Shown one piece after another: positions 24,173 through 33,008 of a stretch of 64,000 bases of DNA. Under the pieces are notes generated by a model, which had not been told where the DNA came from, made no database searches, and saw only the letters and a program-made list of their open reading frames with translations. Position 1 is the stretch's first letter. Every line of letters starts with the position of its first letter. The DNA is from Planctomycetota bacterium. GTDB taxonomy: Bacteria; Planctomycetota; Phycisphaerae; UBA1845. A program made the translations under genes and the position numbers. The stretch is from NCBI GenBank assembly GCA_043803085.1, contig JAZDKM010000001.1:269-64268 (forward strand), read 5' to 3'.

Positions 24173-24349
24173 TCACGCCGCGACCACCTCCTGGAAACTA
24201 CGCAGCAAGTCCTGCACGCTGCCAGCATGCTGCTCCTGGCGTGACGTGACTCGGTACTCCTTGAGTTTCCGATACCCGGCGATCCAGCACGCGTGGTGTC
24301 ACGGCCGAGATGGGCACCAGTCGAGTTGTTCGTCCGTGAGTGTCAGCAT
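24173..24349 (-). pseudogene. 59-codon frame interrupted by one in-frame TGA (24299-24301)
   Basis: MLTLTDEQLDWCPSRP-stop-HHACWIAGYRKLKEYRVTSRQEQHAGSVQDLLRSFQEVVAA. Third positions are mostly G/C and the composition is protein-like. Confidence 0.25.
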
Positions 24350-24504
24350 GCAGAATCATACGGACTCCACAGATGTCCGGTTTTGGGATAGGTTCTAATG
24401 TTCGCGCGTGGACCCATGATCGTTCTCGACGAGGCCAGCTCTGCAAGGCACTTCGACTACTTCGGTGAGTTAGTCGCTCGTTCGGAGATGGTTAACCAAG
24501 CGGT

Positions 24505-26895
24505 TCACGCCTCCTCGGCCAACTGCTTCAGCTCGGCCGACTTGGTATAGAACTCGGCCAAGTCCATCTCGCGCAGGTAGACCATGCCGCACGCGGCCCG
24601 CAGGCCGTGGTCGGCATTGTAGACGAAGAAATCCTCTCCCAGGAAGGTCTTGATCTGCTCGTATTGCCGGGCCTGGATCTTGCGGGCCAGCTTGGAGAAC
24701 GGCCCGTCGTACTCATGGCTCGGGAACGACGCCGACCGTTGGGTCACGAAGCAGGTGTCGAAACAGACCTCCAGGTCGTTCATGTGGGTGAGCGACGTCG
24801 GCACATAGAGGTTGGCCTCGGCCGGGTGGAACTTGTACCAGACGTTGCGGTAGCCGAGGACCCGCACGTCATGCCGCTCGGTTTCCTGCTCGTAGAGCCG
24901 CAGCGCGGCGGAGACCGCTTGCAGGGCCTTGTAGTGCGTGTCCGGACCGGTGCCCTCCGGGTCGAAGGCGACGGTCACGATATCCGGCTTGATCTCGCGC
25001 AGCAGGTCGCGGATCGGCGGCACGTCGCGGTCCAACGTCGGCGTCTCGGTAAAAATGTCGCCCCGGTAGAACCCGAGTCGCAGGTGCCGGACCGCTTCGC
25101 CGGTGAACCCGTAGTAGGCCCATTTCAAGTCGGACTCCCACTCGCGCATGCGGCCCTTGAGCTGCTGGACCAAGGGCATGTCCTTCTTGCCGGGGTACTG
25201 AGTGTGGAAGTAGTTGGCGAGCTCGGTGAGCCGCTGCTGGATATTGTCGAGGTTGTCGTCTTCGTACAGCTCGATGAGATTCCGGAGCAGGCGCTGGGCC
25301 GCGGCTTCCTGGCGGTGCTCGTCGAGGTGCCGGGCGACGCCCTGAAAGTAATGCGACGTATCGATCCGCCGCGCGAGGACGTTGTCGGCCTCGAAAAACT
25401 CGGGCGTGAACAGCTTGCGGAAATCCTCCCGGCGGAGCCGTTCCTGCAGGTCGACCACGACGGAGTACATGTAGCTGTTGGTCACCGCGTTAAAGCCGGA
25501 GGTCAGGTACGCGAAGCAGTGCCGCGTGCTGCGCCGCCGGACCGCGTTGGTCACATAGGGCAGATAGGCCAGGATGATGTCGTCGTGGTGGGGGGAGGTG
25601 TGCAGGAGCGTCTTGTTCTCGACCGGGGCGTGGCCGCGGTGCAGGTTTTCCAGCACGCGCTGCTCGGTCCGTTCCTTGAGCGGTTGCGGCGCGGACTGCG
25701 TCTTCTTGAGCAGTTCCGCGGCGAAACGGTCTTCCTGGAAATCCTCGCGCGTCAGGAACCGGATCGGTTTGCCCGTCGCGAGCGAAAGGTCCATCACGAT
25801 CCGGCAGGCCTGCTCGTCGGGGACTTGCTCCTGGCGCGTCAGGTCCACGAAGAGCCGGTGAGTCAGGCGCGACGCCGCGCCGGTCGTGAGATAGAAGCGG
25901 GCGTGCGGCAACAGGCTCAGCACCGAGCCGGGGTGTTCATTGCCCAGCTCGCTGTGGATCGTGCGGGCCACGATCCTGGCCTTGGCCTCGCCGGCGGCGA
26001 AGATCAGCGCCACCGCTTCGCGGTTGTACGTGATCGTACTCAGGCCGATGGTGATGACGCTCTTGTGCCGGGCGACCTCCATGCCGCCCAGATCGGTCGC
26101 CGCGGCGGCCTTGGTCTCGTAGTTGGGATCCAGCAACCGGGTGGTGGAGAACCGGTCGGAGCCGCGGATGTTGAAAGCGATGTGGCCGTCGGGGCCGATG
26201 CCGCCGAGGAAAAAGCCGATGCCGCCCAGCTCGCGGATGCGCCGCTCGTAGTCGGTGCAGAAGGCGTCGACGGCCCGCAGGACCTCCTGCTGGCGGCGCT
26301 CCAGTACCGAGGTGACGCGGCGAATCCGCAGCGACAGGTCCACGGTGCCGTCGGGAAACACGTCGTACAGGGCGGTGCCCTTGGGCAGGCCGATCTTGAG
26401 CGGGTCGATGAGCAGCGCGCGGGTGCGCTCCAGGCCGAAGCCCTTGAGGTAGAAGCGGCAGACGTAGTGATAGAAGCTGTTGTGCTGCTTGGAGTCGATG
26501 GGATAAAACTCATCCATCTGCACGAAGCGCAAGCCGGAGAGTTCGGGCCGGCGGTCGGTCGGCAATCCCAGGGCTTCGAGGGCTTGGGCGGTCTCCTTGC
26601 GGCCCCAGGTCCGGAGGTAGTGCTGCACGTACTTGATGAAGTGCTCGGGGGTTTTGCCCGTCGGCAACGAGACGACGCCTTCGGGGTTCTCCCGCACCCA
26701 CTCAAGGAAGCGCGCCGCGGTAAGCCGGCCGAGGGCCGGAAAGTTCGGCACGACGATCGAGGGGATTCTCTCCGCCGGTCCGTAGAGGAATTCGTGCCCG
26801 CTGCGCGCCAGCGCCGCCTGCTCGACGCCGCTCGGCGGCGCCGCGGATGTGCTCCCCCTTGACTTGGCGCTCCGTTGCTGATCGCTCACCAGCAT
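24505..26895 (-). CDS. long glucosamine-6-phosphate deaminase-like (NagB/6-PGL fold) protein fused to a LmbE/PIG-L-like deacetylase domain
   Basis: 796 aa. The N-terminal half carries VSLPTGKTPEHF and GIGPDGHIAFN (NagB family). The C-terminal half carries SPHHDDIILAYLPY (PIG-L/LmbE-type motif). Confidence 0.8.
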   Translation of the reverse strand: MLVSDQQRSAKSRGSTSAAPPSGVEQAALARSGHEFLYGPAERIPSIVVPNFPALGRLTAARFLEWVRENPEGVVSLPTGKTPEHFIKYVQHYLRTWGRKETAQALEALGLPTDRRPELSGLRFVQMDEFYPIDSKQHNSFYHYVCRFYLKGFGLERTRALLIDPLKIGLPKGTALYDVFPDGTVDLSLRIRRVTSVLERRQQEVLRAVDAFCTDYERRIRELGGIGFFLGGIGPDGHIAFNIRGSDRFSTTRLLDPNYETKAAAATDLGGMEVARHKSVITIGLSTITYNREAVALIFAAGEAKARIVARTIHSELGNEHPGSVLSLLPHARFYLTTGAASRLTHRLFVDLTRQEQVPDEQACRIVMDLSLATGKPIRFLTREDFQEDRFAAELLKKTQSAPQPLKERTEQRVLENLHRGHAPVENKTLLHTSPHHDDIILAYLPYVTNAVRRRSTRHCFAYLTSGFNAVTNSYMYSVVVDLQERLRREDFRKLFTPEFFEADNVLARRIDTSHYFQGVARHLDEHRQEAAAQRLLRNLIELYEDDNLDNIQQRLTELANYFHTQYPGKKDMPLVQQLKGRMREWESDLKWAYYGFTGEAVRHLRLGFYRGDIFTETPTLDRDVPPIRDLLREIKPDIVTVAFDPEGTGPDTHYKALQAVSAALRLYEQETERHDVRVLGYRNVWYKFHPAEANLYVPTSLTHMNDLEVCFDTCFVTQRSASFPSHEYDGPFSKLARKIQARQYEQIKTFLGEDFFVYNADHGLRAACGMVYLREMDLAEFYTKSAELKQLAEEA

Positions 26896-26959
26896 GCTCC
26901 GTCACTCCCAGATCCGTTGCGCATAGGGCCACTGCGGTCGCGGCGGATTCACGCCCGAC

Positions 26960-27300
26960 GTGCCCACCTTGACCGCGTGCTGCCCTCAGCAACGAAGGAT
27001 CGTTCTCCTTGCGCGGACATTCACCCCGAATATACCGCGAAGTCCGCCCACCGTCGAACGTGCGCTGACGCAAGAGGTGCGTCACCAGGTCCGCCGCTCG
27101 CGGGTGAGCCGGCGGCTGCAAACCATCCCGGGCATCGGGTGGATCCTGGGCTACGTCATCCTGGTGGAGATCGGGCGGATCAAGCGCTTCAAGAACCCGC
27201 GGCACTTGGCCTCGTACAGCCTGCTGCCGCCGATGGCCCACGACAGCGGAGAAGAGCACCCGGACGAGCCATCCCCTGCCGCGTGAAACACCTCCGCTGA
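26960..27300 (+). mobile_element. IS110-family transposase C-terminal fragment (5'-truncated and frameshifted)
   Basis: RRLQTIPGIGWILGYVILVEIGRIKRFKNPRHLASYSLLPP...SG matches the IS110 Transposase_20 signature. The expected continuation appears in another frame. Confidence 0.55.
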
Positions 27301-27316
27301 TTCTCTACTATGCGGC

Positions 27317-27925
27317 GTGGGCGGCCGAAGGCGTTGGTGGAATCCTACCGCACGGGCCGCGGCTCCCGACATCGCGTGGTCGCGTACCTGCCTGTTGAAG
27401 CTGGACCTGTTGCTTTCGGAGGGCATGCCCCCCGGAGACGAAGAGGTGCCCTGGCCGGTGATGGCGGCCATCATGGTCAGTGAGCAGAACCTGAAGTTCA
27501 CCCGCGAGCGCGGCGGCTCCTACATGGTGGGCACGCCCTAGCCCCTACTCCGGCAGTTCGAGCACTACCTGACGGATCGGGACTGGCACGAAGTCCAGGC
27601 CGGGGTGGAAGTGAAGTTGGTGCCGGGACCGAACGGCGACGAGACCTTCATCCTGGCGAGGAGTGCGGATCGGAGGGCCAAGGAACAGGCCATGCACCAG
27701 CGCTTCGTGGAGCTGATGGAGCAAGGGGCACTGATGGAGGAGTTGGCCAAGATCCAGAGCAGCGAAGTGGTCTTGCCGACGATGACCCGTGACGGCCGCC
27801 CCGGTCGGACGGTGCGTGTGCGCTGCGTGACCACGCCCGATCCGGCGCAGCGGATCCTGCTCCACCGCCTGGGTCTCACCCTGCCGCAACGGTTACGTTA
27901 CCTGGAGGAAGTCGCCCAAATGTAG
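27317..27925 (+). mobile_element. decayed IS1634/IS4-like DDE transposase fragment
   Basis: Single frame with an in-frame TAG at 27539-27541. Segments MVSEQNLKFTRERGGSYMVGTP, VEVKLVPGPNGDETFILARSADRRAKEQAMHQRF and the C-terminal VVLPT...RVRCVTTPDPAQRILLHRLGLTLPQRL resemble IS1634-type transposases from memory. A large internal part appears to be missing. Confidence 0.45.
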
Positions 27926-28114
27926 TGAAGACTTTTCGCCTTCATCGGCCCTGCCGGCCCCGCCAGGGACGATTCTGGATCGCAACTGTCTAACTTGGGG
28001 ATACGCGCAATTACCGATGCGCGATTGCCCGAATATTGGACTTATCCCTTTTCTGGATCCTTCGTTACCCACAAGGGGTGACGGTACCGGAGCGCCGCGG
28101 AGTCCCTTCTTGTT

Positions 28115-28163
28115 CACGGACAAGGAACGACCGACCCTTTGGTCCTGTCGTTCCTTGTCCGTG
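28115..28163. repeat. perfect 17-bp inverted repeat (cacggacaaggaacgac / gtcgttccttgtccgtg), 15-nt spacer
   Basis: Read directly from the sequence; intergenic. Confidence 0.9.
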
Positions 28164-28196
28164 CCACCCACGAGCGTTGACGCTACAGGCGGCCAC

Positions 28197-28263
28197 CCGT
28201 CGCTGGCGCTCCGGGTTCGCAAATCGTAGAGGCCCGTCGCTTACGCTCCGGGTTCGGATTACG
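28197..28263. repeat. two copies of a direct repeat of about 30 nt (ccgtcgctNNcgctccgggttcgNaNNNcg), 37 nt start to start
   Basis: Read directly from the sequence: 28197-28226 and 28234-28263, with several mismatches. Confidence 0.8.
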
Positions 28264-28298
28264 GGGGCACCAACCCCAGAATCAACATTGACGCAGCA

Positions 28299-29018
28299 CT
28301 ACGGGCAACCAGGAATCGGCACTCCGTCGGTGTAGTCGACCTGGAACTCCACGAAGTCGGACAGGTCGACGCGGCCATCGTTGTCATAATCGGCACAGAC
28401 GCAGGTCAGACCGGCGGGCGGCAGTGGGCCGTTCGGACCCAGACAAGCCTCGAACGCATCGTAATCCGCCAAGTCGATGTTACAGTCACTATCCATGTCG
28501 CCCTTGGCCACACACGCGACCGTCAGCAGGACGTCCATCTTAATCGGCCGGGTGATGTCGATGATCGGCCGGGAGCAATTGAGCGCCCCCGAGGTCGTGT
28601 CGCGGATCCAGACGAGCGAACCGCCGGTCCTCCAGAACCAGGTGATCAACTCCGATTGCGTACCGCCGCCGGCGAAGTTGTCCGAGGTCACCGAGGCGCT
28701 CGGCGGATAGGACAGGTAGTCCGAGGTGGAGCCGGAATAGCTCGGCTCCTGGAAGAGCACCTCGGTGTTCAGAGGGTAACCCTCGAAGTTAGTGATGAGG
28801 AAGTCGCCCAAGCCGTCGGCGTTGACGTTGATGACGTTGTCCACGTACATGCGGTAGGGACCGGTGCTGGCGCCCCCCGGCGGCACCCAGATGGCCAGGT
28901 GCTCCAGATAGCCGCGGGTCCCGTCGATGATGCCATTGCCGGTGTATCTGGTCACGCCGTTGGCAGGATCGAAGGTGATGGTCCGCCACGCGTTCAAGGG
29001 CGCGACGCTCACGCCCAT
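28299..29018 (-). CDS. 3' part of a secreted protein gene (dockerin-like C-terminus); probably one gene with 29009-31648, split by a frameshift
   Basis: The frame stays open upstream of the annotated Met and reads ...PLGSTDPVTTGSIEWINVTTNGAQK-MGVS. The C-terminus is GDMDSDCNIDLADY...DYDNDGRVDLSDF. Confidence 0.7.
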   Translation of the reverse strand: MGVSVAPLNAWRTITFDPANGVTRYTGNGIIDGTRGYLEHLAIWVPPGGASTGPYRMYVDNVINVNADGLGDFLITNFEGYPLNTEVLFQEPSYSGSTSDYLSYPPSASVTSDNFAGGGTQSELITWFWRTGGSLVWIRDTTSGALNCSRPIIDITRPIKMDVLLTVACVAKGDMDSDCNIDLADYDAFEACLGPNGPLPPAGLTCVCADYDNDGRVDLSDFVEFQVDYTDGVPIPGCP

Positions 29019-31648
29019 CTTCTGGGCGCCGTTGGTAGTGACGTTGATCCATTCGATGGAGCCGGTGGTGACCGGATCGGTCGAGCCGAGGGGCCTCCCG
29101 AGCCGGTTTCGCGGATGCCCACGCCTAGCATGATCGTACTGTGGCCCGAGCCAACGACCAGGGTGTCCGAGTTGTCGCTCACGCCGATGAGGTTGGTTTG
29201 CGTGGCATAGACGCCGATCCCGGCGATCACCAGGGTCGCAGTCACCGGCACGTCCACGGAGGTCACCGTGTTGGGGGGCGTGAGGCTAACGGACCCGATG
29301 ACTTGAGGGACGGCATTGTACACCGTCACCAGGGAGGCGTCCTCGGCGACGCCGTCGATGGTCACGATGCTGTCGCGATCCACGACGGGGCTGCGGACGA
29401 CCGGCGGTATGGGTTTCTGCGGGGCCAACTCGGGGAAGGTGACCCGGCCTTTGGTGATGCAGGCGTCGTCATACCACGCGTCCCCGTAGGTCGAGCTGAA
29501 GCCGGAGCCGATGTAGACGTTGTTGAAGTTTCCGTTGGCGGGATCCCGCGGCATGTCCCGCTCGGCGAGCTTGCCGTCGACATAGAAGTCCACCGTGCTG
29601 GTCTTGATCACGGCGGTGAAGGTGCGCCAGCCGACCGTGCGCGGAGGGGCCAGGCCGTCGAGATTGAAGTAGTGGGCGGACGAGTACTCGATGCGGCCGA
29701 AATAGCGGTTCACATTAAGCACCTCGGAGTAGGAGGAGAAGTAGCTGGTGACGCCATAGGCGACGACCTGGTTCGGGACGCCGCCGATGACGACGTCGTC
29801 CTTAATCTCCGCCCACTGGCGATAGGAGGAGGAGATGGCACCCTGGGTGTCATACATGTGGACGGTGTAGATCAACGGGTGGGTGTCGGTGCCGCTGACG
29901 CGGCTGGCCAGGGTGTACACGCTGCTCCAGGCGGCGCCGCTGGTTCCTCCCATGGGCGAGTACATGGACTTGGCGCCGCCCGGCGTGGCGTTTTTGAGGG
30001 TGCTCAGTTGGAGGTTCGCATCGCTGGGGCCCGGCGCCCAGACGGCGTCGAAAGCCGCCTGGTTGGCATAGCTTTCAAAGTTGTCGCAGAAAACCGTCGT
30101 CAATTCGTTGGTGGTCACGGTGACGACCAGGGACGGATCGCTGGTCAGACCCTCAACCACCATGGTAGCGTATAAGAGTTCCCCCATATTCAGAGGGGCG
30201 GGCGCGGTGTAATCGTATGTGGTCTGCCCGCCACCAACCACTTGGACGCCTAGGCTGTCCCATTCGGTCCCGTTGGTGCTCAGGAACACCTCGACCTCGG
30301 AGGCTGTCGAGGAGATGCCGGCCAGGCCGACGATGCTCTCGCCGTCGGCGGGCGGGACATTGATGACGGGGCCGGGGAACGGCGCGTTGGTCACCGTCAC
30401 GCCGGGCGATTCGGTGCTGGTGCGGTCGGTGACGCTGTCGTGCTGGGTGGCGGTGTACACGTCGCCCTCCTGCGCCGCAGCGATGGTGAGGGTGACCTGA
30501 GTCACGCCGTTGGTGTCGTAATCAAAGGGGCTGCCGCCGTTCTTGTACAGCGTGACCAGGTCCACCGTGGCGATGAGGTCCTTCACCGTCACGGTCGTGT
30601 CATTGGTGTAGATCGGTGAGACCACGGTGGGCGTGGGTATCGGGTCCTCGACGGTGGCCTCGAACTGCAATTCGTCGATGGCGAAGTCGATGTAAACGGC
30701 GTAGTCGCTGGTCACGTTGGTGATGGCCAGATGCTCGAGCGTACCGCGATCGTTAGGGGCGTCCAGGATGCCGTTGCCCCCGGCAAAAGCGGCGACTCCG
30801 GCGGAGACGGTTTGCAGGGGAGTGACCGGGTTCAGGTCGTGGTCCCACAAGACGTCCCCAGTGGTCAGATCAAACTCGATCTGGCGGAACGCGTTATAAA
30901 CCGGAACGGTCAACGCGGGAATGGGAATGCGTTGGGCGTCGAGGTCCCGGATATACCCCGAGTAAAGCACGTCGTCCCCAAGGCGCGTGGAGTTCAGCAC
31001 GCGGTTGGGCCCCCAGGAAATCGCAATGGTCTGGCCTGCTCCGTTGGTGGTGGCCACGTCGTCGGGGAGCAGCGTCGATTCGATCAGCTCGTTAATACCC
31101 GCTTCGATCACGCTGAAGCCGTTAGTACTGACGCCCACCCACTCGATCGGACCAGTGGTCCCGCCGTTGGCCAACTGCGGCACATCCACGCCGGTCTCCC
31201 GAATCCCCAGGCACAGACCGATCTCGCCCTGGTAATACTCGCTGGCGTTGAGGATTTTGAAACGGACCTTGCCGAGCGTGTGCAGCGATGGGTTCGGACG
31301 GTCCGGGGTGACGTTGTAACTCGTCAGTCGCACCCAGGCATAGGGGTCGGCGGCATCCAGCCAGGAGAAGCGCACTTGATAGGAGGCATAACTGGGGGGG
31401 TCGGGGTTGGAACTTCCCCAGGTGCTGGCCCGATACGCCGAATTGTTGTCCTCCCCAGTGACGTTAAGCACGATACCCTGGGTCGAGCCGGAGTACTGCG
31501 GCTGCCAGAACATCTCCTTAGCGGTGAGATCGTAGGGCGCACCCTCGAACGTCACCCACTCGGAAAGGTAAGGCTGGGCGCTCAGCGCCGCCGGCCAGCA
31601 CCATGCCGCCAAGATGCTGATAGTCGCCACGCGCATTGTACGTGTCAT
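29009..31648 (-). CDS. 5' part of a large secreted protein (signal peptide, repeated GIRETG...GPIEW domains, ConA/LamG-like domain)
   Basis: The start at 31648 has GGAG 9 nt upstream. Signal peptide MTRTMRVATISILAAWCWPAALSAQ. The tail GIRETGSGGPSARP... turns into nonsense just before the stop. Confidence 0.8.
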   Translation of the reverse strand: MTRTMRVATISILAAWCWPAALSAQPYLSEWVTFEGAPYDLTAKEMFWQPQYSGSTQGIVLNVTGEDNNSAYRASTWGSSNPDPPSYASYQVRFSWLDAADPYAWVRLTSYNVTPDRPNPSLHTLGKVRFKILNASEYYQGEIGLCLGIRETGVDVPQLANGGTTGPIEWVGVSTNGFSVIEAGINELIESTLLPDDVATTNGAGQTIAISWGPNRVLNSTRLGDDVLYSGYIRDLDAQRIPIPALTVPVYNAFRQIEFDLTTGDVLWDHDLNPVTPLQTVSAGVAAFAGGNGILDAPNDRGTLEHLAITNVTSDYAVYIDFAIDELQFEATVEDPIPTPTVVSPIYTNDTTVTVKDLIATVDLVTLYKNGGSPFDYDTNGVTQVTLTIAAAQEGDVYTATQHDSVTDRTSTESPGVTVTNAPFPGPVINVPPADGESIVGLAGISSTASEVEVFLSTNGTEWDSLGVQVVGGGQTTYDYTAPAPLNMGELLYATMVVEGLTSDPSLVVTVTTNELTTVFCDNFESYANQAAFDAVWAPGPSDANLQLSTLKNATPGGAKSMYSPMGGTSGAAWSSVYTLASRVSGTDTHPLIYTVHMYDTQGAISSSYRQWAEIKDDVVIGGVPNQVVAYGVTSYFSSYSEVLNVNRYFGRIEYSSAHYFNLDGLAPPRTVGWRTFTAVIKTSTVDFYVDGKLAERDMPRDPANGNFNNVYIGSGFSSTYGDAWYDDACITKGRVTFPELAPQKPIPPVVRSPVVDRDSIVTIDGVAEDASLVTVYNAVPQVIGSVSLTPPNTVTSVDVPVTATLVIAGIGVYATQTNLIGVSDNSDTLVVGSGHSTIMLGVGIRETGSGGPSARPIRSPPAPSNGSTSLPTAPRRWA

Positions 31649-31774
31649 TAGTTTTTCTCCGTATACCGTAGCCCTCGTAAAAAGCGATCCGTTTCGCCGA
31701 GCGCGCGACGAAACGGACGCCCACCATAAATAGAAAGAAAGATTCCCGGTCATCCGTCTTCGGACGCCGCGCGC

Positions 31775-32584
31775 CTACCGACGGCGACGCAGCAGCGCCA
31801 GCCCGCCCAAGGCCATCACGACCAGCGAAGCCGGCTCGGGCACAATCTCGACTCTCACGTTGTCCGCCCAGGAGTCCCAACCGCCCGTGGTGTACCCGGA
31901 CCCGAGCACCACGCAATTGAAGGGGAAGTTGCCGGCGCCACGGAGCACGCTCTCGCCCAGGACGTCGTCGACGTAAAAGTCAAAGGAATCCGAGTCCACA
32001 GCCACGAGCAGCTCGTGCCAACCCAGGGCGCGCTTCCCGACCGGCGCGTCCCTGATGGTGAGCCAATCAGCGAGGGGGACGGAAGGGGTATACAAGGCCC
32101 GTCCCTGGTAGTACTGGACGCTGTATTGACCGTCGTCGGAGTTGCTGTTGACCCCGAGGGCTAGCAGGTTGTCCAACGTGCCGATACCGTACGAGCCTCC
32201 GGAATAACCGCGCAGTTCAACGTAGGACCGGGCGAGGTTCCAGTAGTTGGGAGGGCCGCCCGAATCTTCCAGATAGAAGTCCATGGAGAAGATCAGCGGG
32301 AACTCATCCGTGCCGTTGAACGAGCCACCCAGGTTGCGGGCGAGCCGGTTGCCCGTAGGGGCTCCACTGACAACTGGGTTCATCCAGTAAGACGGCGCGG
32401 GATCCCCGAAAGCGAGATCCAAGCGGTAAGGCAGCGGGCCCGGCGCCGTGGCGTTCGCGTTCCAAACGGCATTCAACGCCGCATCGTTGACGTAGTTGAA
32501 CGGCTCGGACATCACGAGTTGCGGCTGGGCCATGACCGCCGGCGCGAGAACCGCCATCACCACTAAACCGAAGAACATCTTCAT
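31775..32584 (-). CDS. PEP-CTERM sorting-domain protein with ConA/LamG-like domain
   Basis: GGAGGAGG lies 6 nt upstream of the ATG at 32584. Signal peptide MKMFFGLVVMAVLAPAVMAQ. C-terminus VPEPASLVVMALGGLALLRRRR. Confidence 0.85.
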   Translation of the reverse strand: MKMFFGLVVMAVLAPAVMAQPQLVMSEPFNYVNDAALNAVWNANATAPGPLPYRLDLAFGDPAPSYWMNPVVSGAPTGNRLARNLGGSFNGTDEFPLIFSMDFYLEDSGGPPNYWNLARSYVELRGYSGGSYGIGTLDNLLALGVNSNSDDGQYSVQYYQGRALYTPSVPLADWLTIRDAPVGKRALGWHELLVAVDSDSFDFYVDDVLGESVLRGAGNFPFNCVVLGSGYTTGGWDSWADNVRVEIVPEPASLVVMALGGLALLRRRR

Positions 32585-32877
32585 ATCCAACCTCCTCCAC
32601 GAGAGACCAAAAAAATGCTTCTTGCCGGTATCCCTCCTACGGACCTAAGCCCGCCCGGGAATTACCGGTAGCCAACTCTACTCTGGTGCTCTTCGTCGGA
32701 GTGCCTGTGCGCTGGGAACTGACTCTAAGCAACTCTACCGAGTTGTGTCTCATGCAGGGACCCCTCCGCCGACACAACTCTCTACTCCCTCACACCGCAT
32801 ATCATAACCGGAAACCGCCGAGTCATGCAAGGGTCAAGTGAAAAACTTGTGCGATTAACCCGCATTTCTCACCACGC

Positions 32878-32931
32878 GTAGGGCGGGTTCTACCCGCCGC
32901 CTACGTTCTCGGCGGGCAAAGCCCGCCCTAC
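32878..32931. repeat. REP-like tandem GC hairpins (gtagggcggg ttcta cccgccgcctac; ggcgggc aaa gcccgcc ctac)
   Basis: Read directly from the sequence. The outer arms gtagggcggg and cccgccctac are exact complements. Confidence 0.8.
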
Positions 32932-32968
32932 ACCTGATCTCCTATTCCCGTGAGGATGAACTGAGGTA

Positions 32969-33000
32969 CAGTGTCACTGGAATGAGATGCAGTGTCACTG
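32969..33000. promoter_or_regulatory. two copies of the 11-bp palindrome cagtgtcactg, spaced 21 bp start to start
   Basis: Read directly from the sequence: 32969-32979 and 32990-33000. The site is intergenic, between the DUF1559 gene 3' end and the PEP-CTERM gene. Confidence 0.3.
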
Positions 33001-33008
33001 AAATAGCC

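Noticed and set aside
24299-24301. In-frame TGA as a selenocysteine codon
   Set aside because: No convincing SECIS-like stem-loop follows the TGA; there is only the short self-complementary cacgcgtg. A nonsense mutation in a decaying gene is the simpler explanation.
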